Source of the DNA: a bacterium
GTDB lineage: Bacteria > Zixibacteria > MSB-5A5 > GN15 > FEB-12
DNA length: 64,000 bases
Reading direction: 5' to 3'
Assembly: GCA_043811375.1 (NCBI GenBank)
Contig: JBDRNJ010000072.1
Location: 137,984-201,983, forward strand
Each line of letters opens with the position of its first letter. Within the stretch, counting starts at the first letter, position 1. A program made the translations under genes and the position numbers. The notes beneath the pieces are model-generated. The model saw only the letters and a program-made list of their open reading frames with translations. It was not told the origin of the DNA and made no database searches. Of the stretch, positions 19,699 to 30,464 are shown in pieces.

Positions 19699-20078
19699 CA
19701 GGATGTTGAAAAACACAGAATGAAAAACAAAAAGGGTGTGACCTTGCCTTCTCTGTCATTCCTGCGAAAGCAGGAATCCAGATTCATTGAGAAGTTACTG
19801 GATCCCCGCCTTCGCGGGGATGACGACCTCCGTAAACGGTTGTATGACCGTGCAGGTAGGTCAATGAGAAATAGCGGTTCATTCGGCACACTGTTAGCAG
19901 GGTGTTGAAAAACACCGAATGAAAGACATGAATGTTACTACCTTGCTTTTTCTGTCATTCCTGCGTAAGCAGGAAACTATATATATCAATAGGTAACTGG
20001 ATCCCCGCTTTCGCGGGGATGACGAGTGTGTTGGCAATTGAGCATGATAGAACACTTTTTCAACACCCTGTTAGAGCT
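19699..20078. repeat. two tandem ~199-bp copies of a MITE-like intergenic element, each with two conserved hairpins
   Basis: Unit 1 has hairpins attcctgc-gaaa-gcaggaat (19758-19777) and atccccgc-cttc-gcggggat (19802-19821). Unit 2 has the same hairpins exactly 199 bp later (19957-19976 and 20001-20020). Unit 2 is bounded by the inverted ends cagggtgttgaaaaa (19898-19912) and tttttcaacaccctg (20056-20070). Confidence 0.8.
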
Positions 20079-20161
20079 TCTCATAAAACAGATACTGCCG
20101 GGCGAGGTTACCCGACAGCACCGTCATCTGTCAATCGTGAATGTCTGTGTTCGGTCGGTCT

Positions 20162-20674
20162 CTATTGATCGGCGACCTTGACAAACTCCACATCGAAGTT
20201 CAGGGTGGCATTGGGCGGAATGACGTTGCCGGCGCCACGGGCGCCGTAGCCGAGTTCCGGGGGAATGATGAGTTCCCGTTTGCCGCCTTCTTTCATACCG
20301 ACAATACCTTCGTCCCAGCCATTTATAACTCGTCCGGCCCCCAGATCAAAAACAAAGGTCTGGTTGCGATCGCGGGAACTGTCGAATTTCTGGCCGCGCT
20401 TGCCGTCGACCCACAGCCAGCCGGTATAGTGCATTTCCACTTTTATGCCGCTGACCGCTTCCTCGCCGTCGCCAACAACATGGTCGATATACTTCAATCC
20501 GGTTTCAGTCGTCACCCATTCTCCGGAGGTGGTTGTCTCTTGTTGCGGTTCGCTCTGAGCAGTCATGTCCTGGGGCTCTTCCTTTTTAGTGTCTTGCTCC
20601 TGGGTCTCGTTGCAGGCAGCAACAATAAATGCTACCAGAGCAATCATGCCCAGAATCAGTGTCAGTTTTCTCAT
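20162..20674 (-). CDS. FKBP-type peptidyl-prolyl cis-trans isomerase lipoprotein
   Basis: MRKLTLILGMIALVAFIVAAC is a signal peptide with a lipobox. The C-terminal FKBP domain reads ...HYTGWL.DGKRGQKFDSSRDRNQTFVFDLGAGRVINGWDEG..GMKEGGKRELIIPPELGYG. AGGAG precedes the ATG at 20674. Confidence 0.88.
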   Translation of the reverse strand: MRKLTLILGMIALVAFIVAACNETQEQDTKKEEPQDMTAQSEPQQETTTSGEWVTTETGLKYIDHVVGDGEEAVSGIKVEMHYTGWLWVDGKRGQKFDSSRDRNQTFVFDLGAGRVINGWDEGIVGMKEGGKRELIIPPELGYGARGAGNVIPPNATLNFDVEFVKVADQ

Positions 20675-20699
20675 CGGTGTCGGTTCTCCTTTGTGGGGG

Positions 20700-21974
20700 T
20701 TAAACAACTATGGTTTCTGTGCGTTTGGCCCCGGTGGACACCAGGGCGATTTTCACTTTCAGATCGTCGGCAATAAAACTCAGGTACTTGCGGGCGTTGG
20801 CCGGAAGTTGGTCAAAAGAAGTAATGCCGGTGGTTTCGGTTTGCCACCCGGGGAATGTCCGGTAGACCGGTTTGACCTCATCGAGCCGGGACAGGTCCAG
20901 CGGCACCTGGTCGATCGTCTGTCCGTCCAACTGGTAGGCAATACAGACTTTGATCTCATCCAGATCGTCCAGCACGTCGAGTTTGGTAACGGCGATGGCA
21001 TCGACCCCGTTGACACCGATCGAGTGGCGCAGGATAACCAGATCCAGCCAGCCGCAACGTCGCGGCCGCCCGGTGCTGGCGCCGAATTCCCGGCCGATGT
21101 TGCGGAGCTGCTCGCCGGTTTTATCTATAAGCTCAGTAGGAAACGGACCCGCTCCGACGCGCGTCGTGTAGGCCTTGACGATACCGATGACTTCATCGAT
21201 CAACCGCGGTCCGACACCCAGTCCGGTCAGTGCCCCGCCGACGGTGGTATTGGACGAGGTCCCGAACGGGTAAGTGCCCATATCAACATCGAGCAGGCAC
21301 CCCTGGGCTCCCTCGAACAGGATTGTTTTTCCGGCCGCTGCCGCCCGGCGCAGAGCCAGCGAGACATCCACTACCAGGGGAGCCAGCATATCAACCAGCC
21401 CCATCAAGTCATCATAGGTACAATCCAGATCAGCCCGCTTGTCGTCGGATCCCTCAAGATACGTCGCTTTGATTATTCTCTGGTAATCCAGCTTTTTTCT
21501 GAGCCTCTCCGGAGCCAGCAGATCGATAACGCGAATGCCGTGTCGGGCCACTTTGTCAACGTAAGCGGGGCCGATACCGCGCTTGGTAGTGCCGAGATTG
21601 GCGGCGCCCCGACTTCTCTCCTGCACATCTTCTATCAGCTTGTGATAGGGCAAGACCAGGTTGGTCGCCGGCGACACAAACAACCGTCCCTGCCAGTAGA
21701 TCCCTTTGCCGGTCAGTAAATCCAGTTCTTCTTTCAGTGCGAAAGGATCCATCACTACCCCGTTGCCTATGTAACATTCCTTGCCGGGATGAATGATACC
21801 TGATGGAATCAGGTGCAGGATGTACTGCCGGTCACCTATTACTATCGTATGACCGGCGTTGGCACCGCCCTGGAAGCGGGCAACGATATCGGCCTCGGCC
21901 GCCAGCAAATCGACGATCTTGCCCTTGCCTTCATCGCCCCATTGGCAGCCTACGACTATCTTGTTTTTTGCCAT
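20700..21974 (-). CDS. purA: adenylosuccinate synthetase
   Basis: MAKNKIVVGCQWGDEGKGKIVD is the P-loop signature of PurA, and similarity extends over the full length. The alternative GTG start at 21983 would overlap the engB stop. Confidence 0.93.
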   Translation of the reverse strand: MAKNKIVVGCQWGDEGKGKIVDLLAAEADIVARFQGGANAGHTIVIGDRQYILHLIPSGIIHPGKECYIGNGVVMDPFALKEELDLLTGKGIYWQGRLFVSPATNLVLPYHKLIEDVQERSRGAANLGTTKRGIGPAYVDKVARHGIRVIDLLAPERLRKKLDYQRIIKATYLEGSDDKRADLDCTYDDLMGLVDMLAPLVVDVSLALRRAAAAGKTILFEGAQGCLLDVDMGTYPFGTSSNTTVGGALTGLGVGPRLIDEVIGIVKAYTTRVGAGPFPTELIDKTGEQLRNIGREFGASTGRPRRCGWLDLVILRHSIGVNGVDAIAVTKLDVLDDLDEIKVCIAYQLDGQTIDQVPLDLSRLDEVKPVYRTFPGWQTETTGITSFDQLPANARKYLSFIADDLKVKIALVSTGAKRTETIVV

Positions 21975-21979
21975 CTGTT

Positions 21980-22636
21980 TCACACCCCTGTTGGCTCGTC
22001 GTGTTGAGAAATCAGTGTCAGAATCGATCCCAGCAACTCTTTCTTGCCGACACCTGTTGTTGCCGAAAAAGCGATTGCGGTCACACCCAGCCGGGATTGA
22101 ACCTCACGTACCTTCCGACCGACTTTGTCACGATTGAGCTTGTCGGTTTTGGTTACAACTGCCAGCGTCGGCAGAGACCGCTCGGCCAGCCAGGCAACCA
22201 GTTGCATATCTTCGTCCGTCAGGTCCCGTCGGCAATCCAGCAACAGGACCAGCCCCGCCAGTCGTTCATTGTCCGTCAGGTAATCCTCGATCAGTTGTTT
22301 CAGATGCTTTTTGACTTCACGAGGAGCCTTAGCATAACCATAACCGGGTAAATCGACCAGGTAGAAACGGTCGTTGATCAGAAAGAAATTCAGCGATCGA
22401 GTCTTCCCCGGTGTGGACGACACCCGGGCAACTTTGGGACCGCCGATAATGCTGTTGAGCAACGTCGATTTACCCACGTTGGAGCGACCGGCCACGGCAA
22501 TCTGCGCCCGGGGGTCATGGGGTAGTTGGCGGCAGTCAAAAAACGACCCGACCAGGCGGCAGGAACTTATCTTTGAAAATTGTGTTCGACCCATCGGATA
22601 TAATTTCCTCGATAGCGTGGCGGTGGTACTGATCAT
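21980..22636 (-). CDS. engB: ribosome-biogenesis GTPase EngB/YihA
   Basis: G1 is [14 protein letters not shown]3 is DLPGYG and G4 is TKTDK. The ATG at 22636 overlaps the lon stop codon by 1 nt (TGATG). A later Met (MGRTQF) is also a possible start. Confidence 0.85.
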   Translation of the reverse strand: MISTTATLSRKLYPMGRTQFSKISSCRLVGSFFDCRQLPHDPRAQIAVAGRSNVGKSTLLNSIIGGPKVARVSSTPGKTRSLNFFLINDRFYLVDLPGYGYAKAPREVKKHLKQLIEDYLTDNERLAGLVLLLDCRRDLTDEDMQLVAWLAERSLPTLAVVTKTDKLNRDKVGRKVREVQSRLGVTAIAFSATTGVGKKELLGSILTLISQHDEPTGV

Positions 22637-25041
22637 CAACTGATCCTGGATCGAAGCGCCCGGTCAGTTGAAACCCGGTTTCTGACGAAAGGAGCTTGTG
22701 TCATCGCCAGTTTGAGTACTTCACTCGTGGTACGCACAAAGTGCAGTTTCAGTCCTTCCAGCAGAACCGGCTGGAGATCATCGATATCCTTGCGGTTTTT
22801 ATCGGGAAGGATGATCTGTGTTATTCCCAGCCGTTTGGCCGCCAGCAATTTTTCATTGAGGCCACCCACCGCCAGAACATCACCCACCAGAGTTATCTCT
22901 CCCGTCATGGCGATATCGGTTCGCACCGGAATCCCGGTCAGAGTTGAGAGCATGGCGGTAACCAGCGTAATCCCGGCCGACGGCCCGTCTTTGGGAACCG
23001 CACCTTCGGGTATGTGAACATGAATATCAAGCTTATCGTAGAAGCCTTCATCGAGACCGAAACTACGAGCGTGGTTACGGATATATGAGAGCGCCGCCGT
23101 GGCTGATTCCCGCATAATGTCTCCCAGCGAACCGGTCAGCGTCAGCTTGGCTTTGCCCTTCATGGGGATCACTTCCACCGGTAATGCCTCGCCGCCCACT
23201 TCAGTCCAGGCCAGGCCCACCGCGTAGCCGACCGTCGGTTGCTGCTTGATATTGGTGCCGATATACTTGGGAGCACCGAGCAACTTGTGCACTTTGGCCT
23301 TATTGAAGGTAACGCTGCGCGTACGCTTACCCTGGGCCAATTGTACAGCCGTCTTGCGCAGCATACTGCTGATCTGTCGCTCCAGTTCTCGCACTCCCGA
23401 TTCCCTGGTGTAGTGGCGAATTATTTCGTACAGGGCATCCTCCCTGAAAGTCAACCGCATCGATTGCAAACCGGTATCCTTGATCAGTTTGGGGATCAGG
23501 TAATCACGCGCGATAGCGACTTTCTCAAAGTCCAGGTAACCCGGCAGATGAATCATCTCCATGCGATCGCGCAGAGCAGCCGGTACCGGTCCGACCGTGT
23601 TGGCCGTTGTGATAAACAGTATGTTTGACAGATCGTATTCAACTTCGAGATAATTATCCGTGAAGGTGTTGTTCTGCTCCGGGTCAAGCACTTCCAACAG
23701 AGCTGCCGCCGGATCACCGCGAAAGTCCTTGCCGATCTTGTCCACCTCGTCCAGCAGCATCACCGGGTTGGTAGAACCCGCTCTCTTTATCATCTGGAGA
23801 ATTCGGCCCGGCAGAGCCCCGACATAGGTGCGGCGATGTCCGCGAATTTCCGCTTCATCATGGACACCGCCCAGAGACATTCTGACAAACCGGCGATCCA
23901 TAGCACGGGCAATGGACCGGCCGACTGAAGTCTTGCCGACGCCGGGAGGACCAACCAGGCAAAGAATCGGACCTTTCACTTTGCCGGCAAGTTTGATTAC
24001 CGCCAGGTGCTCCATTATCCGGCGTTTGGGTTTCTCCAGGCCATAATGATCACTGTCTAAAATTTGGTTTACTTCCTTGAAATTGACCCGGTCCCGGGTC
24101 GTCTCGCACCAGGGCAAACCCAGCAGCCACTCGAGATAGCTGCGGACAACCCCTGACTCTGCCGAGTAAGGATGCATCCTGGCCAGTTTCTTGATTTCCT
24201 CTTCGGCCCGGGTGCGTACTGCCGGTGGGTAATCCTGGCTGGAGAGTTTAGCCCGCAGATCATCGACCTCGGCGGATGATTCCTCAGACTGGCCCAACTC
24301 GTCCTTGATGGCCTTGAGTTGCTGCTGCAGATAGAACTCGCGCTGACTGCGCGACATTGATTCCCGAACGTTGCTGTCAATCGACTGTTCCAGCTTGAGA
24401 ATTTCAATTTCCTCGCGGAGAATCTCCGTCAGTAACACCAACTGGCTCTTCATCGAAAAAGCTTCCAGCAGTTTCTGTTTGGCTTCGGTGTTATACAGCA
24501 GATGGGCCGCTATGGTATCGATCTGATGGTGGCGCTCGTCAATTGAACCCAGCGATATGGCCACTTCATCGGGAATCCGGCGATTGAGACGAACATACTC
24601 TGAAAAACGTTCATTTACCGAACGGAACAGGGCTTCGGCTTCACGATCACCTTCACCGCTATCAGGAGCGATAAGCCGGACATCGGCAACCCCGCACCGG
24701 CTGGTCTTGCGAAAGGCTTCGACATGGGCGCGGACCAGTCCTTCAACGAGCACTTTCAGAGTCCCGTTGGGCATCTTGGTGACCTGCAGTACGCGGGCCA
24801 TAACGCCCACGTCATAGAGGTCCTCCGGGTCGGGCTGATCGATAGCCGCCCGACGCTGGGCGATCAGCAGAACGCGCTTATCCTTGCCCATGGCCTGGCG
24901 CAGGGCCTTGACGGTAAACTCTCTGCCGATCAGCAGCGGGTACATCATATGGGGGAAGACAACCACATCCCGCAACGGAATTACCGGCAACGAAGTTCTC
25001 ACTTCGGTTGCCTGTTCGTCTTTGGTTTTCACTTTTTTCAT
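22636..25041 (-). CDS. lon: ATP-dependent Lon protease (endopeptidase La)
   Basis: The N-terminal [15 protein letters not shown], the AAA+ Walker [10 protein letters not shown] and the protease Ser motif [15 protein letters not shown] are all present. Start chosen at [10 protein letters not shown] (25041) rather than the upstream GTG at 25122. Confidence 0.93.
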   Translation of the reverse strand: MKKVKTKDEQATEVRTSLPVIPLRDVVVFPHMMYPLLIGREFTVKALRQAMGKDKRVLLIAQRRAAIDQPDPEDLYDVGVMARVLQVTKMPNGTLKVLVEGLVRAHVEAFRKTSRCGVADVRLIAPDSGEGDREAEALFRSVNERFSEYVRLNRRIPDEVAISLGSIDERHHQIDTIAAHLLYNTEAKQKLLEAFSMKSQLVLLTEILREEIEILKLEQSIDSNVRESMSRSQREFYLQQQLKAIKDELGQSEESSAEVDDLRAKLSSQDYPPAVRTRAEEEIKKLARMHPYSAESGVVRSYLEWLLGLPWCETTRDRVNFKEVNQILDSDHYGLEKPKRRIMEHLAVIKLAGKVKGPILCLVGPPGVGKTSVGRSIARAMDRRFVRMSLGGVHDEAEIRGHRRTYVGALPGRILQMIKRAGSTNPVMLLDEVDKIGKDFRGDPAAALLEVLDPEQNNTFTDNYLEVEYDLSNILFITTANTVGPVPAALRDRMEMIHLPGYLDFEKVAIARDYLIPKLIKDTGLQSMRLTFREDALYEIIRHYTRESGVRELERQISSMLRKTAVQLAQGKRTRSVTFNKAKVHKLLGAPKYIGTNIKQQPTVGYAVGLAWTEVGGEALPVEVIPMKGKAKLTLTGSLGDIMRESATAALSYIRNHARSFGLDEGFYDKLDIHVHIPEGAVPKDGPSAGITLVTAMLSTLTGIPVRTDIAMTGEITLVGDVLAVGGLNEKLLAAKRLGITQIILPDKNRKDIDDLQPVLLEGLKLHFVRTTSEVLKLAMTQAPFVRNRVSTDRALRSRIS

Positions 25042-25194
25042 AGCACATCCTGAGCGTGAGTGTAACCGGTCCACATCGCGCAAACGGCCCAAGATAGGCA
25101 ATATTCGTTCATCGGCAAACACCTTTTTTGAGAGTTCACGCGGGCTCCGGCGGCTGGTTTCCAGCCGACGACAGCGGACCGAAATGATAACCGA

Positions 25195-26343
25195 TTACTT
25201 CAGTTCAGCGTACACTTTCTCGGCATACCGATCAGTCATACCGGCAATATAGTCGGCGATAACGATTTGTGGCTTTTCGTCGGCGAGCATATTCCGGAAG
25301 CGTGGCGGCATCAGAGAAATATCCTTCCGGATTCTTTCAAATAAGGTCTCTATTATGACTCGCGCTCGTTTCGATGGCTCCTGAAGTCGCAGATGCTCGT
25401 AAAGTCGGTGTCGTAACAGACTCTTGATGGAGTCAACAAACGGTTGTACGGTCGGTGAGTAGCGGCAGATTCTCTCGGCACAGTTTCGTACTGCCGGCAA
25501 ATCCTTTATCTGTAACTGTTCCAATCGATTGCGGGCATGAGTGATTACGTCGGTGGCCATTCTGTCGACCAATCTACGCACTAATTCGTGGTGGCGGTGC
25601 TCATCGGTGAGCCTAAGGAAACCCTGATCGTCTTGAAATCCGAAACCCTGCCAGAAAACGGCTTCCTTCAGATCATCGAGAGCCAGCAGTCCCGAGGTCA
25701 GTCCGTCATCGATATCGTGTGAATTGTAGGCGATTTCATCGGCCACATCGACCAGGGCTGCCTCCAGGGTCGGCTGCCGGAAGATATTGAATTCTTCGAC
25801 ACTAATCCTGACCGAGGTTTCGTGTTTGGCGATCCCTTCACGAACCTCAAACGACAGATTCAAACCGGGATGCTGCGCGTACCTCTGTTCCAGCTTGTCG
25901 ACCACCCGCAAAGACTGGCGATTGTGATTAAACCCGCCCAGATCCTCAAGCAGTTCATCAAGCACTTCTTCCCCGGCATGACCGAACGGCGTGTGTCCCA
26001 GGTCGTGAGCTAGGGCCACCGCTTCGGCCAGGTCCTCGTTGAGGCGAAGGTTCCGCGCAAGCGTACGGCTTATCTGAGCTACCTCGATAGTGTGCGTCAG
26101 ACGAGTGCGATAGTGATCTCTCTCGTGTGGTATGAATACCTGGGTTTTGTACTCCAGGCGTCTGAAAGCGGTGGAGTGGACTATACGATCGCGGTCACGC
26201 TGGAAGGCGGTGCGCAACGGATGATCCGGCTGCGGGTAAACTCTTCCCCGAGATTGAGTCGACAGCGCCGCATACGGCGCCAGGAACTGACGTTCATTTT
26301 GTTCTATCTCATCTCGTGACAGGATTATTCGGCGGATATTCAT
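25195..26343 (-). CDS. dgt: dGTP triphosphohydrolase-like HD-domain protein
   Basis: RTRLTHTIEVAQISRTLAR...AHDLGHTPFGHAGE is the HD motif, and the protein is the typical ~380 aa of the dGTPase-like family. Its start overlaps the upstream gene stop by 4 nt. Confidence 0.85.
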   Translation of the reverse strand: MNIRRIILSRDEIEQNERQFLAPYAALSTQSRGRVYPQPDHPLRTAFQRDRDRIVHSTAFRRLEYKTQVFIPHERDHYRTRLTHTIEVAQISRTLARNLRLNEDLAEAVALAHDLGHTPFGHAGEEVLDELLEDLGGFNHNRQSLRVVDKLEQRYAQHPGLNLSFEVREGIAKHETSVRISVEEFNIFRQPTLEAALVDVADEIAYNSHDIDDGLTSGLLALDDLKEAVFWQGFGFQDDQGFLRLTDEHRHHELVRRLVDRMATDVITHARNRLEQLQIKDLPAVRNCAERICRYSPTVQPFVDSIKSLLRHRLYEHLRLQEPSKRARVIIETLFERIRKDISLMPPRFRNMLADEKPQIVIADYIAGMTDRYAEKVYAELK

Positions 26344-27185
26344 GGCTTGTCGGTCCTCTCCGATGATGGTCCAAACCGGTAGGACAGACCGGCGCTGTGT
26401 GACAGTCCGAGAGCGGGATGGTAACTGGTCGCGAAGGTCAGACCTCCGTGGTCAACAGTCACTTCGAAACCGCCTCCATATTGCAGAGGCGCCGTGGACA
26501 CCCCCCAGAAAACCGCACCCTGACGGGTGAGAGTCAATTTTTGTCCCAGGCCAAACTGGGGCCGTTCGGTTTCTTCCACAGTGAAGCGGCCCAGTATAGA
26601 AAAAGACCCCTGTCCCAACGTTTCCAGATAGAACGAGCATCTTTTGGTGGTCACCGGACCCTGAGGGCTCAGACGAGGGGAAGTGAGATTATCGGACGAG
26701 ACAGCAACCTTGATCCGGGAAGTGCGATACCCGGCACAAACACCGACGGTAGCGGCGCTGAGGGGATCATAACCACCGCCAAATGATATCAACCGGGCCG
26801 ACAGGGCGGCACCAACGGTCAGGGAATCTATTCTAAAGGCAGTACCCAATCGAATTGTCTTTTCGGCATACAGGTCACTGAACCCCAGTTGGGTCAACCC
26901 CAGAGTCAGCGTGGTCTGTCCCCAGCGATGGGCAACGGCGAACACCACCTGGTCGAGTTCCTTCAGGTTGAACCGGCGCAGTGCGCCCAACTCAATTTTC
27001 GTCTCACCGGTTTCAATGCCACCGACCGGCACCGCTACCAGCGCTGTCGCCGACGATTTTGACAACACCACACCACCGCCTACGCCCGGTCCGTGACCGG
27101 TCTCAAACTCGAAAGCGGACAAGTCCCCACCACCAGTGATGGCCAGCAGGATGATACCGGCGATAATTGTACGATGCTTCGTCAC
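26340..27185 (-). CDS. putative small outer-membrane beta-barrel protein
   Basis: 281 aa with a signal-like N-terminus (MTKHRTIIAGIILLAITGGG). The rest is Gly/Ser/Thr-rich with alternating-hydrophobic beta-strand patterns up to ...SAGLSYRF. It is coupled by 4-nt overlaps to both neighbours. Confidence 0.45.
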   Translation of the reverse strand: MTKHRTIIAGIILLAITGGGDLSAFEFETGHGPGVGGGVVLSKSSATALVAVPVGGIETGETKIELGALRRFNLKELDQVVFAVAHRWGQTTLTLGLTQLGFSDLYAEKTIRLGTAFRIDSLTVGAALSARLISFGGGYDPLSAATVGVCAGYRTSRIKVAVSSDNLTSPRLSPQGPVTTKRCSFYLETLGQGSFSILGRFTVEETERPQFGLGQKLTLTRQGAVFWGVSTAPLQYGGGFEVTVDHGGLTFATSYHPALGLSHSAGLSYRFGPSSERTDKP

Positions 27186-28843
27186 CGCGCTATCACCAGC
27201 GGTTTCTTGACAGCCCCCCAGCCGCTGGCCTCGACGTACAAGATGTAGATACCGACCGGCAGGCGACGGTTTCCGTCGGAGCGGCCATTCCAGGTATAGC
27301 TGTCTTTTAACAGTCTTTCCTCTTCGACCAGGGTGCGCACGACTCTCCCCTGCCGATCATAGATGCGTATCGATAAGTCCGTTTCGGTCGGAGCCGAGGT
27401 GACCACAATCGTAACCTCATCCTGCACTCCGTCGCCGTCCGGGGAAAAGACCGCCGGCTCTACCGTAACTGCCAGATCGGAGACCTCCGGTTGCAGCAGG
27501 ACCGCGTTGAGCCTACCCGGTGAGCCGCCGACCTGTTCTGATCTGCCCCACTCGCTCTCCCGCTCACCGGCGTTGCTGCGGCTCCAGGTGTAGTTGCTGC
27601 CGTAGGTGTCGGCATAAGCAAAACTGTCGGCCGTAAATCCAAAGCTGTCGACCAATCTCACCAGGTCGTCATTATCGTTAAAAGGCGGCCACTGCAACGG
27701 CTGCAGGCAGCGTCCGTCGAATTGGGAGTAGAAATCATGAAAAGCCACACTATCCTGCACCAGGATGAAGTATTCACCCGGTTCTATCAAGACCGCCATA
27801 TCCGCAACAACCCGCAACACCCGGGAATCACCGAGCAGGTATCCGGCCAGGTTAACGATGTCCGTAGAACTATTCTTAATCTCAACCCACTCCGTCCGTA
27901 GCGGCAATTCATGGTCGGCCAGGATTTCCGACAGGATGATGGATGGAAAGTCTACACCCGGTGCGACAAAATCTGAATGGTTGTTGCGCTCGCGATCATC
28001 GTTCGATAAAGAAGCAGACAGCCTGGCATAGACACCGTCAAGGTAATACTGTCGGGCAGTCGTGAAGGTATCGCCCGGCAGTAGTTCACCGGTGTCAATG
28101 CTATCAATAATCTGATACAGTGTAGCCGAATCGCTGACCGTGTCGGTGCTGATAATGAGTTGTGAGTTTGGTGTTGTCTCCAGACCGCGATTTGTCACGG
28201 TGAAGGTTATGTCAGCAGCTCCGTTTTGCGGCCTGACGGATATGTCCTCCAGCGCCAGATCAAACGGCACCGGTGTCCACGAATTGACCATACCGGGCGT
28301 GGAACCATCGGAGTCTATCGATTGTTCAACCTCCGCCGATGCCGGTGACAACCGTTCCCACGAGACTCCATCGGCGCTTTCAATGGTCCATGACAATTGC
28401 GAGATGCTCATTCCGCTGCCGTCTAACAGTTTGACAGTTCCATTTGTGTTGGTCAGTATCAGACCGGTTTCGAAAGGAGTCGGTAGCAGGCTCTCCTGCG
28501 GCGTGTCCCCCCAGACGCCGGAGCTGTCGCCCCAGTAGTCTTCGAAACCGCGTGATGAACCGTCAGTGTAGAGACGGCGGCAAATGATCAGGTAGCCACC
28601 AGCCGAAATATCGAGACTGTCGGACAATGCAACCGGGGAACCGTTGACGGTAAGCTGATAGCCATCAAGCGCAACGGCGGCGGTCGAGTCATTGTAGAGT
28701 TCAATCCACTCCAGAGTGACGTAACCCAGGGGTTCATTGGCCAGAACTTCGTTAATGATGACTCCCGCTCTGACATCACCCCACAAGACCAACCCCCAGA
28801 CAGACAAACCGACAATTGCCGGCATGAAGCGAGCCACTCTCAT
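27182..28843 (-). CDS. secreted protein with two lamin-tail domains (LTD) and a C-terminal FlgD-Ig / T9SS-CTD-like domain
   Basis: A signal peptide is present. The LTD signatures are GVIINEVLANEP..VTLEWIELYNDS..VALDGYQL and SIILSEILADHE..RTEWVEIKNSS..VNLAGYLL. The C-terminus FSPDGDGVQDEVTI...IRIYDRQGRVVRTL...WNGRSDGNRRLPVGIYILYVEA is typical of FlgD_ig/Por-tail-like domains. Confidence 0.75.
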   Translation of the reverse strand: MRVARFMPAIVGLSVWGLVLWGDVRAGVIINEVLANEPLGYVTLEWIELYNDSTAAVALDGYQLTVNGSPVALSDSLDISAGGYLIICRRLYTDGSSRGFEDYWGDSSGVWGDTPQESLLPTPFETGLILTNTNGTVKLLDGSGMSISQLSWTIESADGVSWERLSPASAEVEQSIDSDGSTPGMVNSWTPVPFDLALEDISVRPQNGAADITFTVTNRGLETTPNSQLIISTDTVSDSATLYQIIDSIDTGELLPGDTFTTARQYYLDGVYARLSASLSNDDRERNNHSDFVAPGVDFPSIILSEILADHELPLRTEWVEIKNSSTDIVNLAGYLLGDSRVLRVVADMAVLIEPGEYFILVQDSVAFHDFYSQFDGRCLQPLQWPPFNDNDDLVRLVDSFGFTADSFAYADTYGSNYTWSRSNAGERESEWGRSEQVGGSPGRLNAVLLQPEVSDLAVTVEPAVFSPDGDGVQDEVTIVVTSAPTETDLSIRIYDRQGRVVRTLVEEERLLKDSYTWNGRSDGNRRLPVGIYILYVEASGWGAVKKPLVIAR

Positions 28844-30462
28844 ACCGTCACCTTTAGTTGGAACCGGATGAGAGTCCTCGGGGCACTGCTTGAACGCTGA
28901 TAACTATGGCTCAACTTGGTCACTGCCGTCACACCCTGAAACAGTTGCTGCTCACCGGAGAGATACCAGTACCAGTAGTTTATTGATGCCTCCTTCAGAT
29001 CGAATCGGGCCAGATTGGACCAGGCTTCAAATGATCCCAGGCGGCGGGATCGGTAGCGGACATTAACAAAAACTGAAAGATGGTCCGCTTTGTCACTGCC
29101 CGTGTTGTAAGCAATATAGCTTCTGGCGGTCAGATTGCCAGCGTTGATTCGGCTCTCCATTCGCAGCCGCCGGTCTGTTTGCACCTGTCCCCGTTTCCTG
29201 GTCCGATTGAGAAAGTCAAAGCGCAGTTCTCTGCCGGGGGAAGTTTGCCACACCAGTGCCGCTAAATACCGGACATTCAGCGAATCGCTGTTGAGGCCGG
29301 CATACAGGACGGAGTTGACCACTTCCAGATCGTCAGCAGCCCGCACAATGCTTCTGATCATCGCACCTGCCTGTCCGGAACGCCTGGTCGAATAAGTAAA
29401 GTCGACCCTGTCCAGCGATGTTGTGTGAAGGACACGACCGGACTTGCCTCCGGCGGCAAGATCAAGGTAAGTGTCGGCGTAGACCCAGCCGGCATATCTG
29501 ACCTCGGCCGCCTGGAGACGATGCCGACCTTCGACCACCAGCCCGGCCCAGGCCGGCCTTGCCCCGGTTTGCCCGCATGATTCCAGACGCAGGTACCCGC
29601 TCCGGTAGCGGTAGTCGGACGAGAGGGCATACTTGACGTCATCAAGAACAACTCCGGTGGTACGGTTCTTGAGCCGGGTGGCACCCAGTATGACACCGGG
29701 TCGGAATGATCCGGACGCGGCAGATATCATACCCCCGTACGAGACGATGCTGTGGTCGTTATCGCGGTTGACGGAGGCGAGTGTCTGCATGGATGTGCCG
29801 CGCCAGCGGGTTTTAGCATAGAAACCGTTAAAACCGCCGTAGTCGGGAAACAGGACCGACTCTATCTCCAGCCGATCAGAAGACTCCAGCAACTTACCCC
29901 GATATCCCAGCACTGTTCCGGCGCCCAGACGACGCGAGAAGCTTCCCAGGGTCAGTTCCCGCAGTACCGTCTGCCGGTTGCGGTAGGTGAGTCCTCGGCT
30001 GACGATTCGTTCGGTCCCGGAAAATCCCCGGTGGATCATCAATGCCGCGTGGAGATTTCCGCCCAGGTAGAAACGGCCGGAAGTGCGGTATTCACCACGC
30101 CCGGATTCACTAATTTCCTGTACGTAGCGATAGCGGAGAACCGTGTGGGGTCGGGTCGTCGGGAGTGTGTCGCAAGAAAATACCGCCCTCTGTTCTTTTT
30201 CCAGCGACGTCCTCAAAGCCAGTTCAGACCTGAGAAAAGCCGACAGGTTGGGTATTTCATCAAACAGATCGCCAGCGGCGGAATCGAGACCGTGGACAAT
30301 GATCTCGCGTAGCGTCAGGTACTGCTGATAATCGATTTCCCCCAACTGCCAGGCTTGATACAACTCATCTTCGGATGAAAAGACTTCTGTCGCCGGTTCC
30401 AGTCCGTCCGCCACCGACACCATAAGCAGCAAGGTCGGAATGACCATCACCAGTGATCGCAC
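28840..30462 (-). CDS. hypothetical secreted/outer-membrane protein (helical N-terminal segment followed by a long beta-rich region)
   Basis: 540 aa. The GTG start lies 2 nt after the activator stop. The signal is MRSLVMVIPTLLLMVSVADG. About 90 helical aa (..EIDYQQYLTLREIIVHGL..EIPNLS.., weakly HhH-like) are followed by repetitive R/Y/G/S-rich strands consistent with a large beta-barrel. Confidence 0.45.
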   Translation of the reverse strand: MRSLVMVIPTLLLMVSVADGLEPATEVFSSEDELYQAWQLGEIDYQQYLTLREIIVHGLDSAAGDLFDEIPNLSAFLRSELALRTSLEKEQRAVFSCDTLPTTRPHTVLRYRYVQEISESGRGEYRTSGRFYLGGNLHAALMIHRGFSGTERIVSRGLTYRNRQTVLRELTLGSFSRRLGAGTVLGYRGKLLESSDRLEIESVLFPDYGGFNGFYAKTRWRGTSMQTLASVNRDNDHSIVSYGGMISAASGSFRPGVILGATRLKNRTTGVVLDDVKYALSSDYRYRSGYLRLESCGQTGARPAWAGLVVEGRHRLQAAEVRYAGWVYADTYLDLAAGGKSGRVLHTTSLDRVDFTYSTRRSGQAGAMIRSIVRAADDLEVVNSVLYAGLNSDSLNVRYLAALVWQTSPGRELRFDFLNRTRKRGQVQTDRRLRMESRINAGNLTARSYIAYNTGSDKADHLSVFVNVRYRSRRLGSFEAWSNLARFDLKEASINYWYWYLSGEQQLFQGVTAVTKLSHSYQRSSSAPRTLIRFQLKVTV

Positions 30463-30464
30463 GG

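Noticed and set aside
19668-20168. Short ORFs (62-78 aa) overlapping the tandem MITE-like repeats
   Set aside because: Their 'proteins' are translations of the hairpin repeats (..FLRKQESRF.., ..IPAFAGMT..). There is no RBS or coding periodicity. For the same reason the radical-SAM gene start was moved to 19681.
20565-21719. 384-aa ORF on the plus strand
   Set aside because: It lies entirely antisense to purA, which has unmistakable motifs. The sequence is low-complexity and Arg/Gly/Pro-rich, as is typical of antisense frames in GC-rich genes.
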